A stretch of DNA of 63,994 nucleotides, counting the filler, from Octopus bimaculoides (lineage: Eukaryota): NCBI RefSeq assembly GCF_001194135.2. It is 7 parts of 6 records of this genome, joined end to end, with 100 filler letters (N's around TTAATTAATTAA, not from the genome) between each part and the next. Parts side by side here need not be neighbours in the genome. Positions count along the whole stretch, not along the records: positions 19,745 to 42,967 come from NC_068995.1; positions 43,068 to 50,059 come from NC_068988.1; positions 50,160 to 55,062 come from NC_068981.1; 4 more parts are not named here. One strand, 5' to 3'. Shown piece after piece: positions 37,845-51,280 of this stretch. The notes beneath the pieces were generated by a model. It ran no database searches and was not told the DNA's origin. It was given only the letters and a program-made list of their open reading frames with translations. Position 1 is the first letter of the stretch. Each line of letters begins with the position of its first letter. A program made the translations under genes and the position numbers.

Positions 37845-38221
37845 ATAATTAAGGATAATATCATTAAAAATGAATGATTTTATTAGTGGCCAGCATATAA
37901 TAAAAACCAAAATCAATATATAAATATATAATTATATAAATATAATTATAATTAAGGACACTGGAGGAACTGCGTCTATGCTAGAGATAGACGTCAAAAG
38001 ACTATAAACCGCTTTTTGAATAGCACTCCATCGCTTTCAGCCTTGTGGTAATGTGGTTTATAGTCGTTTGATGTCTATCTCTAGCATAGGCGTTGTTCCT
38101 CCAGTGCCCTTAATTATGATTATATTTATACAATTATATACTGATTTTACCTATATGATTTTTATTTTATGCTGGCCACTGATAAAATCATTAATTTTTG
38201 ATGATTTTTATCCTTAATTAT
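37845..38221. mobile_element. Foldback/MITE-like palindrome (~165-bp arms, ~40-bp spacer) within TA-rich repeats
   Basis: Left ..TAATTAAGGACACTGGAGGAAC..ATGCTAGAGATAGACGTCAAAAGACTATAAACC; right is its reverse complement; outer AGTGGCCAGCAT / ATGCTGGCCACT. Confidence 0.85.
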
Positions 38222-38262
38222 ATATACATACATATGTGTGTGTGTGTGTGTGTGTGTGCGTG

Positions 38263-38294
<32 letters not shown>

Positions 38295-38639
38295 TGTATG
38301 TATGTATGTATGCATGCATGTATGTATATACACATATGTATGTATAATTAGTGAAAGCGAGGTTTCTTTAGTGAAACATTAAATCTATGAAATATGTGAG
38401 ATGTACCTATGCATACACACACACACGCACACACACATACGTATGCATAAAAGTCTATGAACAAACAAATGGAAGTAGCATTCAACACATTTAGTTGGAC
38501 TTGTCTCTACGCCTTTGAAACTTTAAGGAATGTACAGTTAAGTTTCCTTTACGCTTTGCTCGAATGCTAAACAGTACTCATTTGCTGTTACTATCTTCGA
38601 TCCACTTCGATCCACTTCGATCCGTTAACCCTTATTTCC

Positions 38640-39425
<786 letters not shown>

Positions 39426-39549
39426 ACGTTTTAATGAAAATGTCAACACTCGTCTCGTAACTTCAGCTTTTACCTCGTCCATTGAAGTAGATATTGGTTT
39501 AACTACACTGCAGGGCACAATGATGTGTTGTGTATGTGTGTCTTATGTA

Positions 39550-39580
<31 letters not shown>

Positions 39581-39595
39581 CAAAGGGGGCGAGAG

Positions 39596-39638
<43 letters not shown>

Positions 39639-40100
39639 GAAAGAGAGGTAGACATTGAAAGTATAAATTACATATGTAAAAACAACTATGAAACGCATAT
39701 GTACACACAGGGGTATGTTGCTATATGGATACACTCACATACACACGCACGCACACATTCACACACATACACGCATACACACCCACGCACACGAAAGTAC
39801 ATTGTCACACAGACACACGCACATTCACACAAATATACAAACACAGGCGCATTCACACAAATATACAAACACACACACACATATATTAACACATAGACAC
39901 ACACATATTCACACAAACTATACACGGATATACACATACATATACACACGAAATCCCTTACATACAGGTGCGTAGAAGTAAGGATCACGTGGACAGTTAT
40001 TGAGGATTTTTTAGAAACGAGAAATATTGTGGTCGGATGGTGGTGGGTAGTCGGGGCAGGTGTGGTCACGTCGTTGAGCGATGGTGGTGGTGGTGGTAGG

Positions 40101-40133
<33 letters not shown>

Positions 40134-41594
40134 GGTGGCTGTAAGAATGGTGGTAGTGTTGTAGAGTAGAGTGGTGATGTGGCCCGATGATGTTAATGAT
40201 ACAGGTGTAGAAGTGATTGGGGATGTTGGAGTGGTGTTGTGGTTGTGGTGGTATTCAACTGACTGAACGAAATCTAATCCAATCCAACACGCCATTTTCT
40301 CCTCTTCTTCCTCTGTGACTTTGTTCCTTCTTTCTCCCCCTATCACTCCCTCCTCTCTCACATCTAAACATGACATGAATTAACTAAAGGGGTTTAGAAG
40401 AGAACAAAAAGGGTCATATATTGTTTGTTTATATAAACGCTTGTTTGTTGTTGTTTAGCTGCATGTCGGTCACAGCCGTCTCCTACCCACTATAAATTTT
40501 GTCCCTTTAAATCAGAATTGATATGGTTGGTGAAAATTTATTCAACGGGGAGGAGGCTGAAGACTGTGAGACTGCTTGCTTAATCCTTACAAGGTGGTGT
40601 CCTTCACTTCAACAAAAGATATTTGCCCAAATGTTTATATTTAAGCGATGTTCAGATCTGGAATTTAGTAAGCCCGTGCAGTTCTTAAAGCTAAAATGAA
40701 TGTGCGATCTTTCGGTAGCACAAAACCAGCATCTTTTTTTTATTTATTAACATGTGGCGTGAACCACTCCACGATGCTTCACTTGATTTGGACTCTGATT
40801 CGAACGCCGTTCATATTGATTCTCATCTGAACAGACAAAAGGATGCAACCCTGGATTTTCATTTTCCTTGCACTTTTTCCCCCGCTTCCATTTTAAAAAT
40901 TTATTCTCGGTCCACTTTTTGCCTTTGCTTTCCTCTCGTCCTTTCTTGTGGCTTCACAAAGACCAGCCTTCTTTCTCGTTTTATCGATATTTTTTTTTCA
41001 GAAAGCCCGGCCATGCTAGTAATCCACTACCTCAAATTTGAAACCATTAAGTCTTTAAACATTATTTTACTTGGTTTAGTCTTTCGACTGTCACCATGAC
41101 GGGGTATCACCTTCAAAACTTTAATTGATTACACTGACTTCAGTTCGTATTTCAATCTGGCATTTATTCTATAGAACTCTAGGGTGCATTACTGGTATCA
41201 AATAATATTTATTTCTCATTGGATGGAGTACTCTCTGTATGGGTGTGTATGTTTCTTTGTGCTCGTGTTAGTCACCCTTTCGCTTGACAACCGGTGCTGG
41301 TAGGTGTCACATATATCACACACACACACACGTACACATACACAGACACTCATATATATTACATATATTAAATAATGTGTATATGTATGTCACACTCTTT
41401 CTCTCTCTCCCCCTCTCTCTTTCTCTCTCCCCACTCTCTTTCTCTCTCTCACCCTCTCTCTTTCTCCCCCCTCTCTCTCTCTCTATATATATGAGTGTGT
41501 GTGTGTGATTGTGTGTATTTGTCTCTCTTTCTCTCTCTATCTGTTTCTCTCTCTATATATATACACACACACACATATATATATATACATACAT

Positions 41595-41875
41595 TTTTCT
41601 TTTACTTGTTTCAGTCGTTTGACTACGGCCATGCTGGAGCACCGTCTTAAAGGTTTTAGTACATATTCTATCAAGTTACAGGGATATAAACCCGTCAACA
41701 TCGGTTATGAAGCGATGGCGGGTGGACAAACACACACACACACAAACACACATTCGTCTACTAAATCCACTCACAAGGCTTTGGTCGGTCCGAGGCTATA
41801 GTAGAAGACACTTGCTGAACCCGGAACTGTGTGGTTGGGAAGGAAGCTTCTTACCACACAGCCACTCCTGCGCCT
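41595..41875 (-). mobile_element. SINE family B, internally deleted
   Basis: Minus head AGGCGCAGGAGTGGCTGTGTGGTAAG..GGTTCCGGGTTCAG; tail GACTGAAACAAGTAAA. Confidence 0.75.
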
Positions 41876-41906
41876 ATATATAATTATATGTGTACGTATG
41901 TATGTA

Positions 41907-42967
41907 TTGCGTCATCCAATAAATAATGCAGCTTTTTCAATTGCATGAACTAAAAATCGTAGGAGGACGGGATAAACTACTTGCACTAACTTGCTATAAA
42001 AGCAGGTAGTAATTTTACCTTGTCCTTATTCTTAGTGCAAGTTTTGAAGAGTGCAGTTCAATTTTAACAGTTATTTTTTCAAAGCTATAATGGAAGTGAC
42101 AAAGGAGCATATTCAACATATTTTGCTTTATGAGTTCAATAAAGGCAACAGCACAACGTAAAGTGTGGGGAATATTAATGCAGTATATGGGGATTGGACA
42201 ACAAGCGTTAGCCAATGTCAACGGTGGTTCTAGAAATTCGGAACCGGAAACTACAGCATAGAAGACGAGCTTCATCCTGGAAGATCTGTAGAGCTCGGCG
42301 AGTTGGTCCTGCAAACCCTGGTGGTACAAAATCTCATCGTAACTGTTGAGGAACTAGCAGAGCAGCTTGGATTTGGCCATTCAACTATTCATCGACACTT
42401 GCATGTCGATGAATGGTCATGAAAAGTGTCGATGAAAAGTTAGCAAACTTCGTCAATGGGTTCCTCACACACTTTCCGAGCTTAGTCGCGCGGAGAGAGT
42501 GAATGTGTGTTCTTCTTTGTTGTCACGTCTCACGAATGAACCTGTTTTGGACCGATTAGAGACTGGTGACAAGAAATGGGTTCTCTATAAAAATGTCAAG
42601 TGCCGAAGACAGTGAGTAGGGAAAGGAGAAACACCGGCACCCCAGGCTAAAGAAAGTCTCCACCCACGTAAGGTGTTGCTATCTGTTTGGTGGGATATGA
42701 AAGGTTTAATCCACTTTGAACTTTTAAGCCCAAACCAAACGATAATACAGGAGATCTATTGCGAGCTAGAAGTCAGCGCAAGAAGAAAAACGACAAGCTT
42801 TGTTTCCAAGACGAAGGTGTTCTTACATCAGGATAATGTTTGGCCACATACAGTGAGGATGACATTCCAACGGTTGGAGCGGTTTGAATGGGAAACGATG
42901 CCCCACTCACCGTATTCGCCAGGCATTGCACCAGTTGATTATCATTTATTTCACAATCTTCAAAGTC
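41907..42967 (+). mobile_element. mariner (DD34D) transposon, pseudogenised, cut by a scaffold join; ORF from ATG at 42090
   Basis: MEVTKEHIQHILLYEFNKG..QCQRWF*KF; WVPHTL; TGDKKW; SVWWD; HQDNVWPH..YSPGIAPVDYHLF with 34 residues between the Asp residues; TA before the putative 5' TIR. Confidence 0.9.
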
Positions 42968-43067
42968 NNNNNNNNNNNNNNNNNNNNNNNNNNNNNNNNN
43001 NNNNNNNNNNNTTAATTAATTAANNNNNNNNNNNNNNNNNNNNNNNNNNNNNNNNNNNNNNNNNNNN

Positions 43068-43285
43068 GGGGGGGACAAACACAGACACTCATACATATAC
43101 ATTACATATATATATTCGATGGGCTTTTTTCAGTTTCCATCTACCACATCCTCTCACAAGGCTTTGGTCAGCCGGAAGCTATAGTAGAAGACACTTGCCC
43201 AAAATGCCACGCAGTTGGACTGGACCCAGAACCATGTGGTTGGGAAGCAAGCTTCTTACCACACAGCCTTCTCCTGTGCCTATGT
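43068..43285 (-). mobile_element. SINE family B, 5' part
   Basis: Minus GGCTGTGTGGTAAGAAGCTTGCTTCCCAACCACATGGTTCTGGGTCCAGTCC. Confidence 0.7.
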
Positions 43286-43339
43286 TTGTATATCTGTATA
43301 CACATAAATATATGTATGCATGAGACGATATGTATACTA

Positions 43340-43757
43340 TTTACTCTTTATTCTTTTACTTGTTTCAGTCATTTGACTGCGGCCATGCTGGAGCACCACC
43401 TTTAGTCGAGCAAATTGACCCCAAGACTTATTCTTTGGAAGCCTAGTACTTATTCTATCAGTCTCTTTTGCTGAACCGCTAAGTTACGGGGACGTAAACA
43501 CACCACCATCAGTTGTCAAGCGATGTTAGGGGGATGAACACAGACACACAAACATATACTTACACATACATATATATATATACATATACACGACGGGCTT
43601 CTTTCAGTTTCCGTCTACCAAATCCACTTACAAGGCTTTGGTTGGCCCAAGGCTTTTGTAGGAGACTCTTTCCCAAGGTGCCATGCAGTGGGAATGAACC
43701 TGGAACCATGTGGCTGGTAAGCAAACTACTTACAACACAGCCACTCCTGCGCCTATA
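43340..43757 (-). mobile_element. SINE family B, apparently full length
   Basis: tRNA-like head AGGCGCAGGAGTGGCTGTGTTG..GGTTCATTCCC, internal (TA)/(TG) tract, tail CAAATGACTGAAACAAGTAAAAGAATAAAGAG. Confidence 0.85.
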
Positions 43758-43989
43758 TGCAGATATGTTTGTATTGTATTTGATACTATCTTCTCGCATT
43801 GACATTTCATGATAGATGTAAATGAGCATCGCCATCATTGAAAGAGTGACCTGTGTTGTCAGTCATCCATTAAAATATGTCCAACCGTGGGAAATTATTA
43901 CTTTGTTTGGAAAGAGCTTAGGGTTAGTGACAGAAAGAGCATCTGGTCATTAGAAAATCTGCCACTATGGATTCAGTCAGACCTGTGTG

Positions 43990-44330
43990 AGCATATGCCA
44001 TAGTGGACATCAGAACAACAGCAACAATGAAATTGTTGATGATGATGATGATGATGATGACAATGATGATGATCATGATCATGACAATGAAGATGATGAT
44101 GATGATGATGATGATGACAATGACAACGATAATGGTGATGATGATGACGATGACGACGATGATGATGAATACGACGACGTTGATGATGATGATGATGATA
44201 ATGAACATGACAATGATGATAATGACCATGACAATGATGATGATGATTATGATGATGGTGATGATAATGATGATGGTGGTGGTGGTAGTGGAGGTGGAAG
44301 CAGTGACGACAGTGATGATAACAACGAACT
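43990..44330. repeat. (GAT)n/(GAC)n mosaic microsatellite
   Basis: Direct inspection. Confidence 0.95.
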
Positions 44331-44865
44331 TATTGTTTGAACTGCTGCCTTATCTTGTTACTTTCAAACTACACAGTTTTTTTTTATTCAATAATAATAC
44401 ATTGATCAGCTGTTATATATCACATTCAATAATAATAATAATAATAATTATCATCCCACTGACGACTGCCAAAATCAATACACTAAAAATGGGTGGGGGG
44501 TAAAAATGTAGAAATAGCCTTTTATACATCTGTAAATATAATTATTACTGTATTTGTTATTTCCTCTGTGCATCCATACAATATTTATTCTCTATAAAAC
44601 GTTGACCCCCTGATGTGATGTTCAATGCAATGGGACAGGATATGAACCAGCTTCCGGCTTGAAAATGCCACAGCACTGCACATCATGAAATATAGTTTTC
44701 CCTTTCCTTTTATGATAAGCAATTAATTTCTGACAGAATTAATCATTAATCTCTTTGCGAGTGGGATTTGTATTCGGTACCTAAGCTCCGTAAGTGAATA
44801 CCACAAGGTTTGTTTTTTTTTTATCCTGATGTTTTATAGATTCTACCAAACCACTTCTTCAGTTA

Positions 44866-45590
44866 TTAAAAAGATGATGATAATGATGATGATGATGATG
44901 TTGAACACGATGATGGTGATGATGATGGTGTGGTGGTGGTAATCGTCGTGAGAATGACGACAACAATGACTATGATGATGATGATGATGAGGATGATGAT
45001 AGTAGGGGTAGTTGTGATGATGATGATGGTGTGCCGGAGAAGGAGGATTCTGCAGCTATTGAACATCACTCGGGTGATGACAATGAGGAGGACGAAGAGG
45101 AGGACGAGGGGAAGTAGGAAGATGACAAGGAGGAGGACAAGGAGCAGGACGATGAAGAGGAGGATGATGATGAAGAGAGGAGGAGGAGAGGACGAGGAGG
45201 CTGAGCAGGATGAGGATGCAGAGGATGGGGAAGACGAGGAGAGTGAGGATGAGGAGGATGGGAGGAGGAAGAGGAGAATGACGAGGAGAATAGGGAGGAT
45301 GAGGAGGAGCCAGAGGATGAAGATGAAGTGGAGGAAGAGGATGGCGACAATGATGACGAGGAGGGGAAAAAGAGGAGGACGTCGACAATGAGGAGAGGAG
45401 GGTGAGGATGATGGGGAGGTTGAGGAGGAGGAGAGGAGAGGAGGAGGGGAGAGGATGACACTGGCTGATGAGGGCGATGATAGTGATAGTGATGATGATG
45501 AGGAGGAGGAGGAGGAAGAAGAAGAAGAAGAAGGCAAAAATGGTGATGGTGATGATGATGCAAAGAGAGGAGTATGATGAAAATGATGCT
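44866..45590. repeat. Purine-rich (GAT/GAG/GGA) cryptically simple tract
   Basis: Direct inspection; source of the poly-S, poly-E and poly-R ORFs. Confidence 0.9.
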
Positions 45591-47049
45591 GACGAGTGAA
45601 AAACAAAAAAAAAATCACATTTAAAATCTTTCAAGACTTCACACAAACTTCAAAGATTAATTGTGTGTGGTGGGTGTTTTTTTTTTCCACCCCTCTGTGG
45701 AATTAAGGAATTTGATTAACTTGTATTATTTTATTTATTTAAAGATTTTAGCTGTTCTGTTTTATTTATTTCTTCGTTTATTTATCTATTTTTATGTTTT
45801 AATTTTTAATAAATCAGCTAATAAATGAAGTAGTTGATATCTCTGTATGAATGAATGTTTTATTACTCGGATTACTCGTTAATCAGTTAGTATCCAGCAC
45901 TTACTCTGTCAACAACTCCCTTTATTTCTCTGCCTCACCCTTCATTATTTCAAACAGAGAAAGAAAAAAAGAAAAAAAAACAAAGAAAAAGGAAAACAAT
46001 AATATAAACAAAGTTTGGATAAATATTCATAGAAGCAGAACTTACGGCCATAAAACTCAAAAGACATAATGTAAAATTCTAGCTGTGTGAAGTACAGCAG
46101 TTTGTCTTCATTTCTGGTTTTTTTTTTTTTTTTTGCTTTTTTTCCAAATAACATAAAAATTCAGTGAATAAATTTATTGTGCTGGACTTGCATAGTATNN
46201 NNNNNNNNNNNNNNNNNNNNNNNNNNNNNNNNNNNNNNNNNNNNNNNNNNNNNNNNNNNNNNNNNNNNNNNNNNNNNNNNNNNNNNNNNNNNNNNNNNNN
46301 NNNNNNNNNNNNNNNNNNNNNNNNNNNNNNNNNNNNNNNNNNNACCACCGCTGCTGCTGTCGCCACCACCACTGCCGCTGCCGCCACCACCATCACCACT
46401 GCCACCGCCGCCACCACCACCACCATCACCACCACCACCACCGCTGCTGCTGTCGCCACCACCACTGCCGCCACCAACACCATCATCCCCATCTTCATCA
46501 TCATCGCCGTCGTCTTTGTTGTTATCATTATCATTATTTCTACTTCATCTTTTTCTTTTTTTTGCCACAAGTTAATATTTTCACGTTATAACTTCCTTTG
46601 GCAGGGAAATGTGATAATGTTAGTCTGTCGTTGATTAATTTCCATATGAAACTGTAGAACACTATATTAAGATAAAAACTATCAGATATGAAAAAATTTC
46701 AAACCGGGAAGGAAAAAAAAAATAATAGAACACAAGAAAAAAACACAGAAAGCAAACAGTAAAAAGTGTATAATAAATAAATAGAAGACTATTAGCAACA
46801 CAAACACAACATTACCAATAATAAAGAAGAACAACAATAATTCTAATCCTTTATTTATTTATTTGCCATCAGAGCCCAATTATTCAATACAAGCATGTCA
46901 TGAAAGGGATTACAATACATATGGGGATTACACACATACGTACACACACACACACGTACACACACACACACATACATGTGTACACAGACATACACTTACA
47001 TACACTAATGTGCACACATACACAGATATATCTGTCTATCTATACCCAC

Positions 47050-47392
47050 CCCACTTCTGCACTCTCAGCTGAAAGGTCCTTGTTTTGTGGGCTTGTGGTG
47101 CTGGTCACATGTAAAAAAGCATGTTTCAGTGTTATGTTAAAACATGCATTTGTGCTGTTGCCGCAAGAAATGAAAAAGCAGCCATGCCTCGGTGCCATGT
47201 AAAAAAAAGCAACAGCCAGTACCATGTATACAACACCCAAGCCAGTCCCACATAAAAAAAAAAACACCAGTACCCTGTGTAAAGTGGTTGGGGTTAGGGA
47301 GAGCATCCAGCTGTAGAAGCCATGCCACAACAGACAATTAAAACCTGGCCAGCATGCAAGACAGATATTAAATGATGATGATGATGATGACA
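47050..47392 (+). mobile_element. Non-autonomous repeat with RTE-type 3' tail ending in (GAT)n
   Basis: GTGGTTGG.GTTAGG.AGAGCATCCAGCTGTAGAA shared with 61168-61330; internal degenerate TGCCATGTAAAA..GCA repeats. The RTE assignment is inference. Confidence 0.5.
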
Positions 47393-47443
47393 TGCATAGA
47401 TACAAACATACATACATGCATATACATACATATACATATATAT

Positions 47444-47489
<46 letters not shown>

Positions 47490-47491
<2 letters not shown>

Positions 47492-47629
47492 GGTGTCCAC
47501 AAAGTCTGTGTACATGGGAATTAACACACTTTTAAAATAGAACAATTTTATTTAATTATAATGTTAATATTTAATTGTTTACATTATGATTTTATTTACT
47601 CCATGTACCCACACTTTGTGGATACCCTG
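47490..47629. mobile_element. ~140-bp Tc1/mariner-type MITE in (TA)n
   Basis: Left TGGTGTCCACAAAGTCTGTGTACATGGGA versus reverse complement of right end CAGGGTATCCACAAAGTGTGGGTACATGGAG; TA flanks. Confidence 0.65.
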
Positions 47630-49494
47630 TATATATATATATATATATATATATGAATGCACATGGCTTAGTGGTTAGAGTGTTGGACTCACAATTGCAG
47701 ACTCTGTTACCATCCAATTCCATTATTATGGATTAGAATTGGGAGCTTGAGTCAAAGTGAATCCTCAGTTAGCTGATTACACAACCATAGATGTCACCCC
47801 TATGGATGCATTGCAGTTACTCTCTTGATAGAGGTTGGTGATCCTAATCATTGATCTTCTAGGATTCCCCTGCTCAGCATCAATGTAAGAAGCACCATTG
47901 AGCTCTTTCACTTCCTATTCTCAATCTACCATGTTGTAATCTCATATGACTTCACCATATCTCTGGTAGGATGGCTGAACAGATGCTATGCTTTGCCAAA
48001 GGGCAGTCCATAACTACGAGAGCACATTCATTGCTCTGTGAAGTATTTTCAAAATAATCATATACCCATTAGATCAGATAAAGTTATTCTTTCAGATGAC
48101 TGTAAATTTCTAGTTTCTCATCAGGATGGGTGCTTCCTTGCAATGGGTCTCCAGTCTCTTGCTTGCCTTCTTTCTAGGCTCACCCATGATTTTTCATCCT
48201 TTTTTCTTTTCTTGCTGATCTAATTCTTTCCTATTTGCCATGGGATAGTTGCCTTAGAGAAACTTCAGCTGTTAGCTCTTCCATGTAACAATAGCAATGA
48301 CCAGTAATTATATACAACTACATCAACCAATTTCCAGAAGACACTAGATGTATTATCCAAGAGCTTAAAAGCGCCATGGATAACAGATAGGAATGGAAGA
48401 CATGTGCCAGGAATACTGAGAAATTCTCAATGCACAAACTATATATTTATTTACAAGTATTAAAACTATTTCAATGTAGAGATTGGTGCCTGCATAGCAC
48501 TTAACACCAAAGTCTTTTAAATGCCTTGACATTTTTCTGATCTGCCTCAGAAACTTATTGCATACATGCAGATCACATGTAGCACACAATGTGTGGCGAC
48601 AGAGTTTCAAAATGTCTGGTTTTAGGGCTTGGAAATGCTAGAGTTCAATTGAGCAAGTGATCTTTTTATCCAGATTTGAATGTAGATTCGTTATGAGAGG
48701 TTCATTTATTCTTTTTTATTATTTACATCTGTTTTTATACATCTAATATCCATTTGTATGAATGGTGCTGCAAATTGATAATTGATTGAATTGGTGGAAA
48801 CATTTTATAGCTTGCTTCATCTCTTTGAAGAGTTAATGTTGGCCATTTGCATTTTGAATAGTTTCTGCTGCATGTGAACAGCATATGAATAAAAGTGCAA
48901 CATTAACAAGCATGAGACTTGCAGTTCAAAGCAGGCTATGAAAGTGATGACTGGACATTAAATGCAGCAACCAATATGCACGGAAAAAATAGCGATGTTG
49001 GTATGGTCATGTGATACAGATAGGCAATATCTACAATGTCTACTGAGTAAAAAAAATAAGAGTACTGTATGAATGATACCAATAAGATATAATCATGGCA
49101 GACAAGCCAAGGAGGAGCTTCTATGCCAGTGTTTGAGCTGCTGGAAATAACAGCAACATTTCCCTCAAATCAGATGCACATTATCCTGAAAAAAAAAACA
49201 AGGGTTCGATGAGAAAATGTAGGGCTGGATATGTTAAAGAGATAAGCTGGTAAAAGGGTGGATCTCTTTTTGATCATAAGTCTGCTCCTTCAGAGTTGAA
49301 TTTGTGCTAAACGACAATAGCAAGAGTTTAGAGGAGAGGGAGAGAGAGAAAGAGACAGAGACAGACAGAAAGACAGAGACAGAGACAAAGAGAGAGAAAA
49401 AGAGAGAGACAGACAAACACAGAGACAGAGAATGTTTTGAAGTATGTGAATGCTATTGTTCTAAACTAAAAAAAAACAGAAGTAAAAAAATGTG

Positions 49495-49640
49495 TGGTTC
49501 TGTTTGCAGTTACATGGTTTTGGGTTCAGTTCCACTGTACAGCACCTGGGGCAAGTGTCTTCTTCTATAGTACCTGGCCAGCCAGTACTTGTGAGTGGAT
49601 TTGGTAGATGGGATGGGTAAGAAAGGCCATCATATATATG
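49495..49640 (+). mobile_element. SINE family B fragment
   Basis: ACATGGTTTTGGGTTCAGTTCCACTG..GGGCAAGTGTCTTCT..TTGTGAGTGGATTTGGTAGA. Confidence 0.7.
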
Positions 49641-49760
49641 TGTGCGTGCATGCATGTGTGTGTGTGTGTGTGTGTGGCGTGTTTGTGTGTGTGTGTGTTT
49701 GTGCATGCTAGTGTGTGTGCATGTGTGTGTGTGTGTTGTGTATGTATGTTGTGTGAGTGT

Positions 49761-49972
49761 GAGGGGGTGCTGAAAATTTTCTGGCTTTAGGTAAAAGAAG
49801 ATACAAGAGGATCAGTAAATTATGATTTTATTCACCATTTTCCCTTCTCAGATTCATACACTTATAGCAGTGATCCATCAGTTTTTCTAACCCTGTAAAA
49901 GAACTCAGAAAGTTGGGCCTCCAACCAGGCCTTTTGTGATACTCTTAAAGCCGGGATCTTTCCAGCACCCCA
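49761..49972. mobile_element. ~210-bp mariner-derived MITE
   Basis: TIR-like ends GGGGTGCTGAAAATTTTCTGGC and GCCGGGATCTTTCCAGCACCCC. Confidence 0.55.
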
Positions 49973-49983
49973 TCAAGTATACA

Positions 49984-50027
<44 letters not shown>

Positions 50028-50891
50028 TATCATTATCATCATCATCATCGTTTAACGTCNNNNNNNNNNNNNNNNNNNNNNNNNNNNNNNNNNNNNNNNN
50101 NNNTTAATTAATTAANNNNNNNNNNNNNNNNNNNNNNNNNNNNNNNNNNNNNNNNNNNNATATATATATGTATACATGTATGTATATATAGACTTACTTG
50201 ATATAGCGCGATTCAATTTTCTCCTTCTCAATCAAGTAGATTACAAGTAGGGAATAAAATATATGTACTTCTTTATAAACTACAGAAACTAAGATATAAA
50301 TGCAGAAAATTAATGGCTATATGAAAGTTTGAACAAAATCGTGGCCTGGTTATGTTCTATAAAGCCCATGATACAAAGAGGTCTATATTATTCATTAGGT
50401 GACCCCCATATTAGCGTAAAGGTGGGGGTGATTTACTATGTGTGAAATCAATAATGAAAAAAAATGTTCAACTGCAAAAAAATTATTTCTTTTAGTCAAT
50501 AATACCTATTCTGAGTCAAAAAGCGTAACATTGGAAATCTTATATAAAATTTTCAGGGATAATACATAAATAGTTTTTTCTTCTCTTTCTTTTCTTTGAA
50601 GGAATGCCAGAAGGGCTGGGTATTTGGATGTTTCATTAAAAGAAACTGAACTTCGATCAATATTCTATAGAGCCTTTTCGTTACACTTTGTAAACAGCTT
50701 TCAATACAAAACCGGGATATATCTTCAGAATGTTTTAAGATCCTCAAGTGAAAAGAAGCAGTAGATTGAATTCATTCTAGCTGATTGATATTATACATGT
50801 GTATATACGTTCTTGCTGCAGTCAAAGAGACTGTATGATGTTATATCTTAAGCAGACTACAATTCTTTCCTTACTACGATTTCTCCCACCT

Positions 50892-50928
<37 letters not shown>

Positions 50929-51245
50929 ACATTTATATACATATATATATACATATATATGTATATATGTATACAGTATACATATATATATATATGTGTA
51001 TATATATGTATATATGTATGTTTATACACACACATATATATGCGTTTGTGTATATGTAAGGAATATAACAATGTNNNNNNNNNNNNNNNNNNNNNNNNNN
51101 NNNNNNNNNNNNNNNNNNNNNNNNNNNNNNNNNNNNNNNNNNNNNNNNNNNNNNNNNNNNNNNNNNNNNNNNNNNNNNNNNNNNNNNNNNNNNNNNNNNN
51201 NNNNNNNNNNNNNNNNNNNNNNNNNNNNNNNNNNNNNNNNNNNNN

Positions 51246-51280
<35 letters not shown>

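Noticed and set aside
44715-44755. Cluster of TAAT sites around TGACAG, enhancer-like
   Set aside because: Expected by chance in AT-rich DNA; no conservation data available.
44866-45646. 200-250 aa poly-S/E/R/H ORFs
   Set aside because: Trinucleotide mosaics are open in most frames by construction; no splice or domain evidence.
48000-48840. Possible hAT transposase remnant (minus-strand ATHCVLH)
   Set aside because: Only one short motif matches; the downstream RW motif and TIRs were not found.
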